Shown here: positions 36,431-49,204 of the stretch, piece after piece
How the letters are laid out: every line of letters begins with the position of its first letter
Numbering within the stretch: the stretch's first letter is position 1
NCBI RefSeq assembly: GCF_036321535.1
Contig: NC_087437.1
Coordinates: 112,780,001-112,844,000 of the forward strand
Length of the DNA: 64,000 nucleotides
Reading direction: 5' to 3'
Origin: Camelus dromedarius
Taxonomy: Eukaryota
Translations under genes and position numbers: made by a program
Notes under the pieces: model-generated
What the model saw: the letters and a program-made list of their open reading frames with translations, nothing else
Told to the model about the DNA's origin: nothing
Databases searched by the model: none

Positions 36431-39362
36431 GTTACACTGCGGCAGAGTAGAAGAACAGAAACTGGGGGACAATCAGCAGCCTGCCATAGCCTCTCAGGAC
36501 CTCATTAAAAAGGCCAGAGTGATAGTTACCTTTCCAGAGGGCTCTTTGTCGGATTCCCACACCAGCAGTGCACTATACAAAGCCAAACTCCCCGCGAACC
36601 AGAAGGGAATTTAGGAAATGATTCAGGCTCCCTGGCTGACTCATACATTGAGTATCCTGGGGAGAAAAGTGGCCATACACCCTTTGGAGACTTGGGGTTT
36701 AGTTTATAATAATAATAACGACTTTGGCACAGAAAACTTCCTGAGGGTTAATGAATGACTGGCTTGGATTAATAGCGCAAATCGCTGCCTGAAGTCTATC
36801 AACTCCTTCCAGCTTCATTTAATCTACAGGAAATTCTTTGTACACCCAGCTATTACTGCTTGAATCTCACAAAATAAAAATGAATGGGTGCTTCATTGGA
36901 ACTTGGCGGGAAAAAACAAAAAAAACCTGGTCACCATTGTGTGTGACCCCCAGGCTATTATTATTTTTTTCAGGCACACTTCCTGCATTTTCCTTGCTTC
37001 TCTTTCTGGCTTCAGTTTGCTACTGCAGCGGCAGCTGGCCTTCCAGATTAGCTTTAATCCCCCTGCTATTTATAGCGCATTCTGTGAAGCGCATCACGTT
37101 TGTGATTCGCTATTTAAACGTAGTCTTCCCAGCTAGACTTGGAGCTCCATGAGGTCAGAGGCAACTGGTAAACTCCTGGCTCGGCAGAGCCCGGCCACGG
37201 CACCGCTCAGTAACTTATTTGTTGAATTTAACCAAATAGAGCTGCTGCTGAATTTTAAACAAGTCACCATCGGTCCAGTGGGTTCCTCAAAGCAAACCTG
37301 GGAATCTTGGCATTTCATTGGATTTAAGATAGTGCACTTTTGGTTCATCAAAATTTCATCAGTTTCCTGAGAGAAGCAGAAAGGCAAGTTTGTGGATGTG
37401 GTTATAGAAGGTGACATCTAATGCCATCAAGCTGCCATCTGTGGGGAGAAACCAGGGGCGTGTGAAAGTAGCTGGTGATTCCTCTTGCCTGTAGGGACAC
37501 TCACTTCTTCTCTGGCCTTGGATTCTCTGCCAGTAGATGTCATTGACAAAATAAGCATGTTTCCCTTGGGACAGTCCTCTTGGTTCAGGGAATTAGAGTT
37601 GGTGGATGGTTCCAGATCTCCGCCATGCTATTCAAACCCCTACCTTCTCATCTGGCATGTCTGTGAGGACTTGCCAAGTGAACGGTCTAGGCCCTGAGCA
37701 AAGGTCTTCCTGGCACATCTTGCCACTGTGGCTCGGTGAGTCGAGCAAACGAAATGGATTGGCAGGACCCCGTCTCAATGGAGGACGGCTACCCAGGCCA
37801 TCAAGAATCTACCCTGATTCCACACTGATTCCCCCATTGCGGGCCTCAGATAGCTCCCCGCCCCAACCATCTAATTAAAACAAGCCAAGTGGGTCCCAGC
37901 CGCAGAAAATTCCTGGCAACCATGGAGGTGTTAGGGGCTTGTAAACCAGCCATGGAGACTGAGTTAAAGAAACAGGAAGCCTGGCACAGGCAGTGAGGGA
38001 GGTTGGGTAGGAATAGGATTAAGGGCTTAGAAAATGCTTGTTTCCTTCTGTTGTCCTCGTGAGAGCCGATAAGAGGATTTCAGAATTTTGGGGGAGAGCC
38101 TTAGAAAAGAAGGGGGGAGTTTAATTAACTGGAGGGACCCTCCCAACTTACATTTCCCAGTGTTTGTGACATGGTGTGTTTGCCTAAGTTAAAGGTGCTG
38201 AAAATAGAAGGAAGTTCTCACAACATTAAGCTCTGACATGCTGTCATCTTCTGGCCAGGGGTCTTTGGCTTTTATCGTTTCCTTCAACCCAGGGCACAAA
38301 ATGCGCTGCGGCCTCTCAGATAATAATACCACAGTATCGTGTCCAAGTAATATGCATCTAACTATTTCTCCATAAACAGATAGATTATTAAGGTTAGGTG
38401 AGGTCAAAATGTCTACATCAAAGGGAGCAGGGTGGAGTAAAGTTTTCCCAAGTAAAAACACGTCAAATAGCTCAGCCACAGACAGACTTGCCCGATAAAT
38501 TGCTTTTTCAGAAGATGAGAAAAGGACAGACACTTGTAGTTCTTCCATTGAGAGCTTTCAGAAACTGAGAGAAGCTTCCCTCGCCCCTTCTAGTGAGCCA
38601 TTCCTTCACCTCTCTGGGCCTCAGACTCCTCGTTAGGTTAAATGAGGTACTTTCTCAGTCGACTGCCCCTGGGTTTTTGCAGGAGTTAAAATGAAAGAGG
38701 AAATTCAACATGTGGTAGGTTGAACAAGGCCTCAAGGGTGGGCCCTGGCACCACGGGGCCCAGTGTCTGTCAGTGATGGGCTTGCCTTCTGATCTCCTTC
38801 AGGAAAGGCAAATGCTGAAGTTCCAGACCTTCCGAAGCAGAGCCCTGGATGGTATCCATCCTACTCTCAGAGGACAGGACCTTTGCTTTCTTCCAGACCT
38901 TCCTGTAAGTCCACTGCTTAGGTGAGCATTTTGAAGCATCATCGCTTATATTGCAATATGAAGACCACAACGTGACCTGAGAAAACCGAGCACAAAATTT
39001 AACTTACTGACATCTTTTAAAAATTACTGGTCCTGGTCATGTTTTTATCTGGTGTGTCTTGCTGTTCCAGTGGATATAGTTTAAGGAATGAATGCGGTTC
39101 AGTGATATGTTCTCTTCCTCTCTCACGCTTCTCTCTCCTCCTGCTAATCGTGAGGGTGCACACATGTGCGTGCACACACCTGCGTGCTTACTTAATTTAT
39201 GTGTCTCCAGTTATTACACCCTGCACTGCTACCGTCTCGGAAGCAGCGTGGAGTAACAACGATCGTGAGGCTTCGACTCCAAAGGCCAGAGGATGAACTC
39301 TGGCTCCACTGACCTGCTGGGCGGCCTGAAGCAACTCAAGTCTAAACCTTCCTGTTTACTCA

Positions 39363-39857
39363 GTTTATTAGTTTCCTATTGGTACTGGACTATGTTACCA
39401 CAAACTTATTGGCATAAAATAATACATGTTTACTCTCCTAGAATGCTGGAGGTCAGAAGTCTGCAATCAACTTCATTGGGCTGCACTCACATGTTGGCAG
39501 GGCCATGATCCTTCTGGGGCTCTAGCAGGGAATCTGTTTGTTTGCTTTTTCCAACTTCTAAAAGCCATTTTTTTTTTTTTTTGCATTTGGCCCCCTCCTC
39601 CCCTTTCAAAGGCAGCAGCGTAATATCTTGCTTCAGTGGTTACGTTGCCTTTTTTCCTGTCGACTTTCCCTCTGTCTCCTTTTTACAACAACATCTGTGA
39701 TTGCATTTAGTGTCCCCCCAGATAGTCCAGCTTCATTTCAAGACCTTTACCTTAACCACATCTGTAAGAGCTCTTTTTTCATATAAGGTAACATGCACAG
39801 GTTCCAGGGATCAGGGCCTGGACCTCTTTGTGGTGGGGCATTATTCAGCCTAGCACA
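39363..39857 (-). mobile_element. MaLR solo LTR (MLT1D-like)
   Basis: TATTAGTTTCCTATTG...CTGGAGGTCAGAAGTC...AGGTTCCAGGGATCAGG...CATTATTCAGCCTAGCACA. Confidence 0.8.
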
Positions 39858-40333
39858 CTCATTAAGTAAAGATAGTAATTCCTATCCTAAAGGACACAGA
39901 AATGAAAAGAGGAATATTTGTGAAAATGTACATAATGGAATTTAATAAGTGTCCCTGAGTCTAGAAGAGGGAGGAGCTGACCTCCCATTGGCCAGTCTCT
40001 ATCCCGATGGACACAATAAAGAATGACAGAGCCAGGGCTGATGTGGGCTGGAGCTTGTTCAAGGGTTGAGCTGGCTACAGGTACCAGTGGTCTTGGCTAT
40101 AGAATGACTCCAGGAGCAAGGCTCGGAGGAAGGTGGAAGATGCTTCAAGAAAGGGACCCAGGGGCTCGTGACCAGGGAAGGCAAAGCTCTCTGACCTTGC
40201 TTGAGTGTCATGTGGATTCACATTGCCTAAGTGGGAAGATTATTATTTTTATTGCTTAGAGATTTGACAGTAACTGGCTCATAATGCTGGGAGGTGTTGG
40301 GCTCAAGACCCCATCAAGAGTCTTAATGCATTT

Positions 40334-40499
40334 GAGGAGGGTATAGCTCAGTGGTAGAGCACATGCCTAGCATGCACGAGGTCCTGATTTGAAGCCCCAG
40401 TACCTCCATTAAATAAATAGATGAATAAATCCAATTACTCCCTCCCCCCAAAACCCAAAAAATTAATTAAAAAATAAATAAACATAAATAAATAAAAAA
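40334..40499 (+). mobile_element. tRNA-derived SINE (Vic-1-like)
   Basis: GAGGAGGGTATAGCTCAGTGGTAGAGC head and (AAAT)n tail. TSD AAGAGTCTTAATGCATTT / AAGAGTCCTATTGCATTT (40316-40333 / 40500-40517). Confidence 0.9.
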
Positions 40500-41420
40500 A
40501 AGAGTCCTATTGCATTTGGGACCCCAGCTTTAGCCACAGCAACAAATATCTCCTTTCTCTTTCTTGATCCGTCTGTTCACCAGGCAGTTATGATGTTATT
40601 ACACGGGAAAAGAAGACACACAAACATCCTTTGTTTTCAAGAAGGCAGTGTGGTCAGGTGCCCAGTAGGCTGTTAATCTCCATCTAATCCCTCTTCCCCA
40701 TGAAGTTTCATTATCCTGGGGAATGAGATTGCCTCACAGCATCCTTAGGGCACGAGGCTCGGGGCCAGTGGGTGCAGCCACTTCCCTGGAATTGTCACCA
40801 TCCTCCAGCCTCTGGGGGAGAGCGGCCGATGCTCAGACATGGAGATGTGTTGGGAATTCCACGGGAGCAGCCAGGAGGCCCACGGTCTCTGCAGGTAACT
40901 CCTGGCAGGGGAAGCGAAGAGAGGGAGCAAGGGTTGGAGAGGGGCTCTCGTAGGGGAAGTCACAGGTCCTCAAAGTCCAGTCACGAGGTGAGGAATTACA
41001 GTTAAGCGCCTGCCTGATGCACCTGTGAATTCATATCACAGGGGCTTGATACAGTCTTCACTGTTTAATTGCCCGAGACCAGCTGATGCTTTTCCGGTAA
41101 GAGAGCAAGACGAGGTGAGATCACATCCGCCCCGTGTGGCTCGTCCTCCCTGCACGTGCTTTCCCAGCTGTCCCTCCTTCGACTCTCTTGTTAACTCAGT
41201 GGGTGGCTGAGATGTAACTGCAGAGGTCTTACTCTCCACTTCACAGGAACTGGGCCAGGAGGGCCTGAGTGGCTTCTCAGAGCCACACAACACAGCCCGA
41301 GGCCAGGGCTCTGTGCGTCACCCCAAGAACCAGGAGCTAGCCTGCTTCTCACCTCTCTTCTGGATTTCTTCACTCCGAAGATGGCATTTGATGTTCCTCA
41401 GAAGCATCTTGCTGAGGTAG

Positions 41421-41518
41421 AGGGTGACTACCACCCCAGTTTGCTCAGGACTGAGGCATTTCCTGGGCTGTGGGATTTGCAACTAAAACTGGGCAGATTG
41501 TGATGAGTTGGTCACCCT
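41421..41518. mobile_element. MER81/MER94-like hAT-Blackjack MITE
   Basis: Terminal inverted repeats AGGGTGAC (41421-41428) / GTCACCCT (41511-41518), about 100 bp long. Confidence 0.7.
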
Positions 41519-42577
41519 TTGTAAGGCCTCCCACAATCACCCTGTCACCTGTCCAGAGGGAGCTTGGGGGAGAGTGGCTGTGTCTGGCCTGCATTTTCCA
41601 GTAGCTGCACAGCCCTTGTGTCTGTCAAGGTCCGACTGGGCAAATAGAAGACCTTCTAAGTACTTAAGATGGGAATAAACATAATACAGGGAATTGGGGG
41701 GAGGGGCGATGAGAAGTCAAATAGGGAACAGTCAGACAACTCAAAGGTTAACAACAACAATGTGCCATGACCACCCCTTGGCGGCAGGGACAAAGGGAGG
41801 AGGTAAAGCTGCTGGCTCCGGGGGTTGGGGTCACCCTTGAAGTTGGAGCCATGGTGGCCTGATCTGTGGGAGCTGGAGCCACCAGAGGAGGGAGGAGGTG
41901 CTGCTGCTGGGCAGAGGGAAGGTCATGTACTGGCTGCACCCCACCTCGCGCCCTCTGTCTCACAGCAGGAGTTTCTCCTCTTTTTTGGAAGGTCCAGGGG
42001 GTGGGGACATTGGCCAGGCAGGAGAACTTTCCTCATGCCTGGGTTGCCCATCCTGGGGAGATCCCGGACTTCTTTATGTGTCAGCTTCAGTGCTGACGCG
42101 TGCATTTGGAAACAGTCCCATGTGACAATCAGCTACTTTAATCAAAGAAGCTCAGAATCATCAAACATTTAAGCTGAAAGGTATCTCCAAGATCACCCGC
42201 TCAGACGCGGAGCAGAAGCCTGGACTGCTGACGGGGGTGTGGTGCCAGTTTCAGGACCAAAACAAGGTCCATCCACTGGTCAGGCTAGGGCAGCTTCGGC
42301 CACAGGCTGCCTCTGCCCTCAGGACCACTGGGGCAGGAGGCTGTGGTCCCACTGCACAGGCGCTGATGGAGTGAGCCAGATCCAGCCCTTCACAGTGACA
42401 GTGGGGACATCAGCATGAGACTCCTGCCTCTAGGAGGTTAATGATTGTAATTGCAAAAGCTTTATTGCAAGAGAAGGAAAACTTTCAGAGAAAGAAGTAA
42501 TGGCTAGATGTTCCGATTCCACCTTTATCCAGATCAACGACAGGATGATTTCATGGATGGTAAGATTTAGATGAATT

Positions 42578-43138
42578 TTTTTTTGTTATTTATTTATTTT
42601 AAATTTTTTATTGATTTATAATCATTGTACAATGTTGTGTCAAATTCCAGTGTAGAGCACAATTTTTCAGTCATACATGAACATATATGTATTCATTGTC
42701 ACATTTTTTTCTCTGTGAGCTACCATAAGATCTTGTGTATATTTCCCTGTGCTATACAGTATAATCTTGTTTATCTATTCTACAAGTTTGAAATCCCTTC
42801 TATCCCTTCCCACCCTCCACCCCCTTGGCAACCACAAGTTTGTATTCTATGTCTATGAGTCTATTTCTGTTTTGATTTATGCTTTTTTGTTTTTGTTTTT
42901 GTTTTAAATTCCACATATGAGCGATCTCATATGGTATTTCTCTTTCTCTTTCAGGCTTACTTCACTTAGAATGACATTATCCAGGAGCATCCATGTTGCT
43001 GCAAATGGCATTATGTTGTCGGTTTTTATGGCTGAGTAGTATTCTATTGTATAAATATACCACATCTTCTTTATCCAGTCTTCCGTTGATGGACATTTAG
43101 GCTGTTTCCATGTCTTGGCTATTGTAAATAGTGCTGCT
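42578..43138 (-). mobile_element. Young 5'-truncated L1 (same family)
   Basis: Reverse complement of the ORF2 end and 3'UTR seen at about 33450-33990. Perfect 15-bp TSD AGATTTAGATGAATT (42563-42577 / 43139-43153). Confidence 0.92.
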
Positions 43139-44759
43139 AGATTTAGATGAATTGAAAATGTTTTCTTCTGTTTTGTTCCTGAACAATATTACGTTGCTTC
43201 TGTAAACTCTATATCTCACATACATAATATGTGTGTTTATTTAACAAATATTTATTGTGTTCCTACCATTCTGTCATTCCACAAATGTTTATTAGATCCT
43301 TAATATTGAGTGAGGCACTGTGCCAGTGATGAATGAAGTGGGCATGACTGGCATTCTCTCCAGGCTCACTGTGTCCCAGGTCTTGGGGAGAGCACCCCCT
43401 CTGTCTTTACTCTCTCCCCGCCCTCCCTTCCTCGTTTCCCAAGCCCTGCTGCCCTGGGAGGCTCAAGGCTAGGGGGTGAACGGTAATAGATGGTGCTTCT
43501 TCCACATTTGCCTCTGCCTGCTCTTGCAGAATCTCCAACCTCTCTGCAAAGACAACTTCCAATAATTTATTGATACATCACAGGAAGTATAACTTTAAAA
43601 GATTCTTCCTTAGCTGAATTTAACTCCTATCTTGAGCCCCCATGTTGCCATGTCATCTTAGGGTTTCCATATTTTCCCTTGGTTGTATATGTTCCAAAGG
43701 GCTCTGATGTGCCAAGATATGCTTGGAGGTCCCTCTGGTCCTTGCTGATGTCCATGGAGTTGTCCATGGTCATTAGTCCACACAGGTTGCTAAGGGTCCC
43801 TCCCCTGCCGGAAGCTCTGTGCAGTCCGTTGGCTGTGTGTTTTCTGTCTGCACTTGGGTGCATAGTCACCTGCTGCTGCTTCTGCCCCACAGTGGGGGTC
43901 AAAGTCCCTTCACTTGGCAATTTTTCCTACTCTGGAGCCTTGGCCCTGCTTATTGGATGTTACCTGAGCAAAGAGGCCCAGGACACCCCTGCTATCAGAT
44001 TCCACATGGAGACTGGCCCAGCATTTGGCCTGGGGAGAGAATGGAGGGCCTGCTCATTGGGACCCACCAGCACCTGAGACCCATTGCCTCCTTTTGGTCC
44101 TCTTTCTCCCCCGATTCCAAGGGAACTTTATCTAGACTGGAACACGTGTTCACCAGGGTGCTTTTTCCAGTCTGTCACCTGGGGCTGATCTTGGTCCTTT
44201 CCATGTCCCTTGGAAACTCAAAAACGAGAAGCTATTCTGTTATCACATGCCTTTGCTGAGGCAGTGGCATCAGATGGCTTGGCTGCTACCTCTAGGTTGG
44301 AGGAAAGAAGACAAGACCAAGGATACGGGGAAATTGTGAATAAGACCATTGTTTGTTACTTCAGTAACACTGTCCTCCTGTGTGATACATATACTTATAT
44401 GTGGATAACTAAAATTCTAGAAGGTCTAACTACCTAATTATAAATGATGACCTCTGTTCATAGATTATGAGTGATTTCTGTTTTCTTTAAAAATTATCTA
44501 TATTTTAAAATTATACACGTTTTTGTTAGATGATTTTCATCCATATCCATGGCTTTAAATACCATCTATAATGTGCTAATAAAGCTAATATTTATGTCTA
44601 TAGCCTAAACCCCTCCTCTGGGCTCCAACTACCCAGATGTGGTATCTTTATCTGGAAGTCTCACATATGTTATCAATTAAAAAGTCTAAAATTGGAATTT
44701 TGAATCTGCATTCTCCTCACTCCTGTCCCCCAATTCCCCTCCCCCTTTTTTCTTCCTCT

Positions 44760-45252
44760 GAATTTTAAAAATTGAAGTATAGTAGTTTACAATGTTGTGT
44801 CAATTTCTAGTGTACAACATAATGTTTTCAGTCATACATATACATACATATATTCATTTTCATATTCTTTTTCATTGTGGGTTACTACAAGATATTGAAT
44901 GTAATTCCCTGTGCTATACAGAAGAAACTTGTTATTTACCTATTTTATGTACAGTAGTTAATATCTGCAAATTTTGAACTCCCAATTTATCTCTTCCTAC
45001 CCATTTCCCCCCCTGGTTACCATAAGTTTGTTTTCTATGTCTGTGAGGCTATTTCTGTTTTGTAAATAAGCTCATTTGTGTCTTTTAAATTTATTTTAAG
45101 ATTCCACAAATGAGTGATATCATGTGGTATTTTTCTTCCTCTTTCTGGCTTGCTTCACTTAGAATGACAATCTCCAGATCCATCCATGTTGCTGCAAATG
45201 GCATTATTTTATTCTTTTTAATGGCTGAGTAGTATTCCATTGTGTATGTGTA

Positions 45253-45326
<74 letters not shown>

Positions 45327-45538
45327 CCTATCTATCTACCTATCTATATCTATATCTATCTCACAACTTTTTAAAATATATGTATCACAACTTTTTTATC
45401 CAGTCATCTGTCGATGGCCATTTATGTTGTTTCCATGTCTTGGCTACTATAAATTGTGCTGCTATGAACATTGGGGTGCATGTATCTTTTCGAATTAGAG
45501 TTCCCTATGGATATGTGCCCAGGACTGGAATTGTTGGA
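44760..45538 (-). mobile_element. 5'-truncated L1, related but more diverged subfamily, containing a (TATC)n array
   Basis: ATTGAAGTATAGTAGTTTACAATGTTGTG 3' end; CATCCATGTTGCTGCAAATGGC and GCTATGAACATTGGGGTGCATGT antisense ORF2-end motifs. Confidence 0.88.
45253..45360. repeat. (TATC)18 tetranucleotide STR with interrupted tail
   Basis: 18 perfect TATC units at 45253-45324, then TACC/TATATC variants. Confidence 0.97.
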
Positions 45539-46149
45539 CAGATTTTTAAAAGTGCACTTTTCTGTCTTTTTCATATCAGTCAAAGGAACTCCAAGTCTCT
45601 CAAGTTAGATTTTTTGAGTAATCCTTGACCTCCACCCCAGACTTCCAATCCGGTCCGTTTGTAGATGAGCTATATTTCCCTCCAAAATATAGGTACTCAC
45701 CCCATTCCACCTGCACGACCATCACCCCGCTCTAAGCCACTGTCATCTCCAACTTGCACGACCTTACAGATTTTTCTCCCACTCTGTGTGTAGTTTTCTT
45801 CATTGATTACTGGAGATACTGGGTGATCATTAACCCATGTTCAATGAAACCCCGAGGTTTCTCACCCTGGGGCCCGCTAGAGAGCGTCCTGAGTGAATCA
45901 GCGTTGTTGCAAACCAGTGTCCTTGTGACTTTCTATTTCCGGCTCATATGGGGAGACCCAGTTTTCTTTATTGGAATCTTCCTAGACATGGCTTGCTTCT
46001 CCTGATTAGTTTTCAGGTGAGCCCCACTGATTCAGCTTCAGGTGCCCTGGCGGATGGCTGCTAGCCTGATTTCTTTGAGGTCCGCCCAAGTCTCCTCAAA
46101 GTGAATGGCCCACATGTCATGAGACTTAAGCTTAGGTCATTCCAAATAT

Positions 46150-47110
46150 ATTTCTGATTTGATGAAAATCTGGTCACTTTTTCACATGAAGTGTTCATCA
46201 TTCTTTAATTCTCGTTCCTTCTTGTACTTCTAACCTTCCATCTGGGGTTACTTTCCTTTTCCTTTTGGATGCTGATCTGCTGGTACTGAATGCTCTTGGG
46301 GTTTTGTATTTTTTTTCTTGTCCCCAAATGTCTGTAGTTCACCTTTATTCTTGAAGGATATTTTCCATGGATAGGGGATCTAGGTTTTTCTTTTGGCAAA
46401 TTGAAGATATCATTTTATCGTCTTCTGGCTCTCACTGTGGCTTTTGAGCAGTCAGTTGACTATCTATGGCTTCCTTAAAGGCAATGTCTTTTTTTTTTCC
46501 TCAGGCTGCTTTAAGATTTTCTTTCTATCTCTTTCTCTTTACTGAAAATAAGAATGTCTTTTTCATTGTCTTGCTTGGGATTCACTGGTCTTGATTCTGC
46601 AGATGAATGTCCCTCCTCAGGTCTGGATAATCATCCATCATCATATATTTGAAGATACTTTTCCTGTGCCTTTCCCTCTCTTTACTCCATCTGATACTTG
46701 CATTAAATGCTTACTGGGTCTACTCATTGTATACCCTACTACCCTCTCTTCTGTCTTTTTAACCATTTTTCTTCCCATACTATACTCTTGATAGTTTCTT
46801 CTGCTTTAGTTTTGGTATACAAATTCTCTCTTCAACTTGTCTACAGAGTGGTTGAAATAATCCACTGGGTCTTTAATTTTAGCTAACATATTTTTCACAT
46901 CTAGAAGTTCTTTTTTACATCAATCAAGACCCTTTTTTTTATAGTTTCCATTTCCTTGCTAAAATTTTAAAACTCGTTGATTATTTCTTTCACAGAATTG
47001 CTTTAGTCTGTGTTTTAGTCATTATAGTTCAAATATCTGAATGCTTTGTGTTTCTTTTGCCTGTTGGCTCTCACTCATAGTGTGATGTTTTCTTGTATGT
47101 GTGGCTATCT
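46150..47110 (-). mobile_element. Ancient L1 fragment (ORF1/inter-ORF region, antisense)
   Basis: T-rich antisense-L1 composition with motifs such as CACCTTTATTCTTGAAGGATATTTT and GGCTGCTTTAAGATTTTCTTT. Confidence 0.6.
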
Positions 47111-47893
47111 TTGAATATGACCAACTCCAGTGTTTTCTGGGCATACCCAAAGGGCACACCACATAGGATCATGAATATAACCTTTTCACGATTCCCCAGT
47201 GATCTGCCATGGTTTCCCTCTCCTGCCCTGGTAGCTCTCAGTCATGCTCAAGGAGAATCCTCCATCATCTACAGAGCTGTGTGAAATCACCTCATTTTTG
47301 CCTTCAATGAAAGTTGCTTCCTGCAGGATATTGCCACTCCCTCAGACAATCAAAGCCACTCTTGCTTATTATGCCAAATCCCTAAGGGACCCTTAGAGGA
47401 CCAGAGTGATTCTGCATCCCCTGAAGTTCTCAGAAAACTGAAGCCACACAGCTTTCTGTGCAACAGTGACAGGTAGGGTGGCAGTGGTGGTGGATGTGGT
47501 GGGCCCCTCAGCTGCTCAGGTTAGTTTCTAATATTTTGAGTGAAAACAACTCCTTCCATTTTCACGTGTAGTTTCTCTGGCTGTATCCCATGGGGAAAAA
47601 TTCTGGTCACAGGGATCAGAGCAGACTGGAAAAAGGATGGCCCCTCCCCTTTGATGATAGTGGTTATTTATTTGTTTTAGACAGCAGCCAAGCTTATCAG
47701 CCTAACTTTCCCATCTTTCCAGGTGCTCACCTGAGCTGCTTTGTGCACACAGCTTAGCTTCTGGGTGGTTTTCCTCATGTTTTGCCAGACATGCCCAGAC
47801 ATGTGAGAACCCAGGAAGGGATCTGGGGGTGGAGGTGGGAGGATGTGAGTGGGGAGAGGCACAGAACCTGCTTTATACATTACCAGAAACTGC

Positions 47894-47985
47894 CACACAC
47901 ACACACACACAACACCCCCCCCCCCACACACACACAACACCCCCCCCCCCACACACACACTCACTCACTCACACTCACTCACTCA
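47894..47985. repeat. Compound (CA)n / C11 / (CTCA)n repeat
   Basis: Directly visible; includes a perfect 25-bp tandem duplication at 47911-47935 / 47936-47960. Confidence 0.95.
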
Positions 47986-49204
47986 TCTATTTTTAGCCTA
48001 AATGCCTTCCGGCTCTTGTTGGGGAGAGCACATGAACTCTTTGGAGTCCCCAGGTTCCACTTGGTAAATTTCCTACAGCTCTGAAAGTCCCCGTTGCCGT
48101 CCTCCCAGCCTCCAAGCTTGTGGTGCCGGCCTGCCTGCCCGCTTCCTGTTTCACCTCAGTGGACTGTGAGTCAGCTGCCAGCTTCTGGGGAAGGGCCCGA
48201 GCGCCCACAGCACCCCACCTCCTGGTCCCAGACACTCTATGTCCCATCGCTGGGACTGCTCCCAGAACAGAGCCACCCTCCGCACCCTTCCTTTGAGACT
48301 CAGCTTAGCCTCCCTAAAAATGAAGTTTATTCCATTTTTGTTGGCAGGATGGGACTCTACCATTGTAATATCATCTGAATATCTGAGGAATTACACCTTA
48401 CACCCTCATGAAAAACACAGCGGCTTGTCACGATAAATGATGAGACTGTGAATAATGCAGTTTTGAGCTGAAACGCCTTCATATTCCAAGAACCAGTAAA
48501 TTTCTTTTTTCTTCTGTATTTCCTCCCCTCCCCCATTACATTTAGGTTTAACAAGTCATGAATCATTGTGGTTTTACTCCTGGGTAAAATTGTTTTTCTA
48601 CTGTTATTGCATTGCCAACTGATAGAAGCCTAAAAAAGGAATCTGATTAATTCGTAATTTGAGATGAACTTAAAATCTCAACCATCTTGAAGGGAGAATG
48701 AACTACAACTTTTCAAAGATGCTTGAATCTTCAAGTAGAAAGGACCTCATGGAATGCCAGCTTAATCCTTTCACAGGACCAGAAAGGAAACTGAGGCCCA
48801 GAGAGGGAAAGTGACTGGCCAAGGTTACCAAGCAGGTAAAAGGTTGCACCAGCACTAGAGTCCAGGTGTCCTCACTCCAGACCAGCAGCCTCACTTGTGG
48901 CTGGAGAAAATGGAAATGTAGCTTATGTTTAGATTTTTAAATCACACCAACACAAAGATCTTTATTCTATGAACAATGCGGATTGCTCTGTGCCACTCAT
49001 TTACGCATTTCGTAATTGTTTTCTCTAAGAGCACACAGTATTTCACATACAGGATTCCATTATTTACCATCTCAGTATCTGAAGGAACTGCATTGTCCAG
49101 GGGAGAAATTGGAGTTATGGATGAGAAGGAGGGTATTGTGGGACCCTTGGGGCCCCCTGCCCTTCTCTTCGGATGTGAGGCTGCATTGCAGGGCTCACAG
49201 TAAT

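Noticed and set aside
40334..40410. tRNA-like sequence (also at 9590-9669 and 17375-17451)
   Set aside because: AT-rich tails and TSDs identify these as SINEs, not tRNA genes.
45242..45628. ORF with (YLSI)n repeats
   Set aside because: Translation of the TATC microsatellite within an antisense L1.
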